From NCBI GenBank assembly GCA_964016885.1, contig OZ024760.1, positions 25,172,001 to 25,236,000 on the forward strand: a stretch of 64,000 bases of DNA, written 5' to 3'. Positions within the stretch are counted from its first letter, which is position 1; every line of letters starts with the position of its first letter. Source of the DNA: Eledone cirrhosa (taxonomy: Eukaryota). Shown here piece by piece: positions 62,761 through 64,000 of this stretch. A model generated the notes under the pieces. That model made no database searches. It saw nothing but the letters and a program-made list of their open reading frames with translations, and was not told the DNA's origin. The position numbers and the translations under genes were made by a program.

Positions 62761-63342
62761 TTTCACTGCACTACTATCACCACCACCACCACCACCACCA
62801 CCGCCACCACCACCACCACTATCGCCACTACTACTACTACTACCACCTCCACTACTACCACCATCACCACCACTACCACCACCACCACCATCATTAACAA
62901 CAACAGCAACAGCAACAACAGCAATGCCGTCCACTGCGAGTGCTTCTAAGTAAGTTTAATGTAAAGTTAAGTGTATTGCAGTCATTTCAAAGATGGCCGC
63001 CTCATCTTATCAACGAGAGAAGAAGAGAGCTTTCTATCAACATACGGCTCTTGTAATCAGTACTGATGGATTCCACTAACGCGCTATCTTGGAAACAATT
63101 TCTACAATTATTGCTCTAATACAAATAATTAATTTTCTCTCTCTCTCTCGATCTCTATATTTCTATCTATCTATCTATCTATCACTCTATATCTCGATCT
63201 ATATATCTATATATACTCTCTCTGTATCTCTTTCTCTGATTCTCTCTCTCATTTCTCTCCTGTGTGTCTCACTTTCTCTCTATTCTCCCGCTGTCTATCA
63301 TCTCCCTCTCTTTCGAACTATATATATATATATATATATATA

Positions 63343-63784
63343 TACGATATTAAATAAATGGAAACTATATTTATCTATCTATCTCTCTATATCTATTTCT
63401 CTCTATCTATCTCTCTATATCTATCTCTCTCTATTTAGTTGCATGCATTTCTTCTTTTTCTTCGTTTTTCTTTCTTTCTTTCTTTTCATAACTGTCCCTA
63501 ATATTTTTTCACTACCAAATCAACTTTTCAAATAGAAGTCGAAGTTGAAAGGTATGTCGAATCTATCTATTTATAAGACTGTTTCATATTGTATTTTGTC
63601 TGAAGAAGGCATAACATATTTTTAATATGATATCCCTGAAATATATATAATGAAATAAATATGGTTTTATAAATATAGTTTCCATTTATTTAATATCGTA
63701 AATATACTCCAAATACTTGTTGAGTGCTTTTATATCAGTTATAAATATTTACTCGTTGTTAACCCAACAATTTAAATAAAACTT

Positions 63785-63790
<6 letters not shown>
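63343..63790 (+). mobile_element. HHR element of the 42256 family; HHR at 63592-63657; short inverted arm at 63343-63375
   Basis: tattttgt-CTGAAGA-agg.ata.catatt-ttt-aatatg.tat.cct-GAA-ATATATAT-A-atgaaata. Confidence 0.8.
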
Positions 63791-63834
<44 letters not shown>

Positions 63835-63835
<1 letters not shown>

Positions 63836-63965
63836 GTTATTCCGGGTTGAATCGGAGGTAACCACAGTAAGTAAGGTACTCAATACATAGCAGAGTATAA
63901 CAGTTTTAATATAGATGAGATTCTACAGGATTAGAACTGTTTCATTCTTTAGAAATCATCAGGAA

Positions 63966-63968
<3 letters not shown>
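63835..63968 (-). mobile_element. HHR element of the 29689 family, single copy between TA tracts; HHR at 63918-63968(-)
   Basis: Near-identical to the reverse complement of 29756-29890. Confidence 0.88.

Positions 63969-64000
<32 letters not shown>

Noticed and set aside
62696-62953. Poly-proline or poly-glycine ORF resembling formin or extensin
   Set aside because: A (CAC)/(CTA) microsatellite with no splice or domain context

Overview
Very AT-rich, microsatellite-saturated eukaryotic DNA. The SINE types and the huge (TA)n/(CA)n load suggest an octopus-like cephalopod genome, which is inference rather than proof. Almost every ORF in the supplied track is a translation of microsatellites. 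The only recognisable host coding sequence is one 120-bp minus-strand exon of a thiolase (ACAT2-like acetyl-CoA acetyltransferase). The rest is tRNA-derived SINEs (two main families), LINE fragments (R4/Dong-like, RTE-like, Tx1/L1-like, CR1-like and a CRE-like endonuclease remnant), a hAT MITE with an 8-bp target-site duplication (TSD), and minisatellites. Main observation: many of the short unique-looking islands (about 100-600 bp) between (TA)n tracts are non-coding elements built around type I hammerhead ribozyme (HHR) motifs (CUGANGA-stem II-GAAA-stem III-UH-stem I). I count about 25 such loci, in at least ten sequence families that differ visibly. The motifs show compensatory base changes, G:U pairs, self-complementary stem III and unusually long stem II. 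Many elements are fold-back palindromes, one is a 172-nt head-to-tail repeat, and many share an ACTC..TTGAGT hairpin downstream. This looks like a diverse population of (TA)n-targeting, non-autonomous Penelope-like/retrozyme-type ribozyme retroelements. All structures were folded by eye; coordinates of decayed element ends are approximate.
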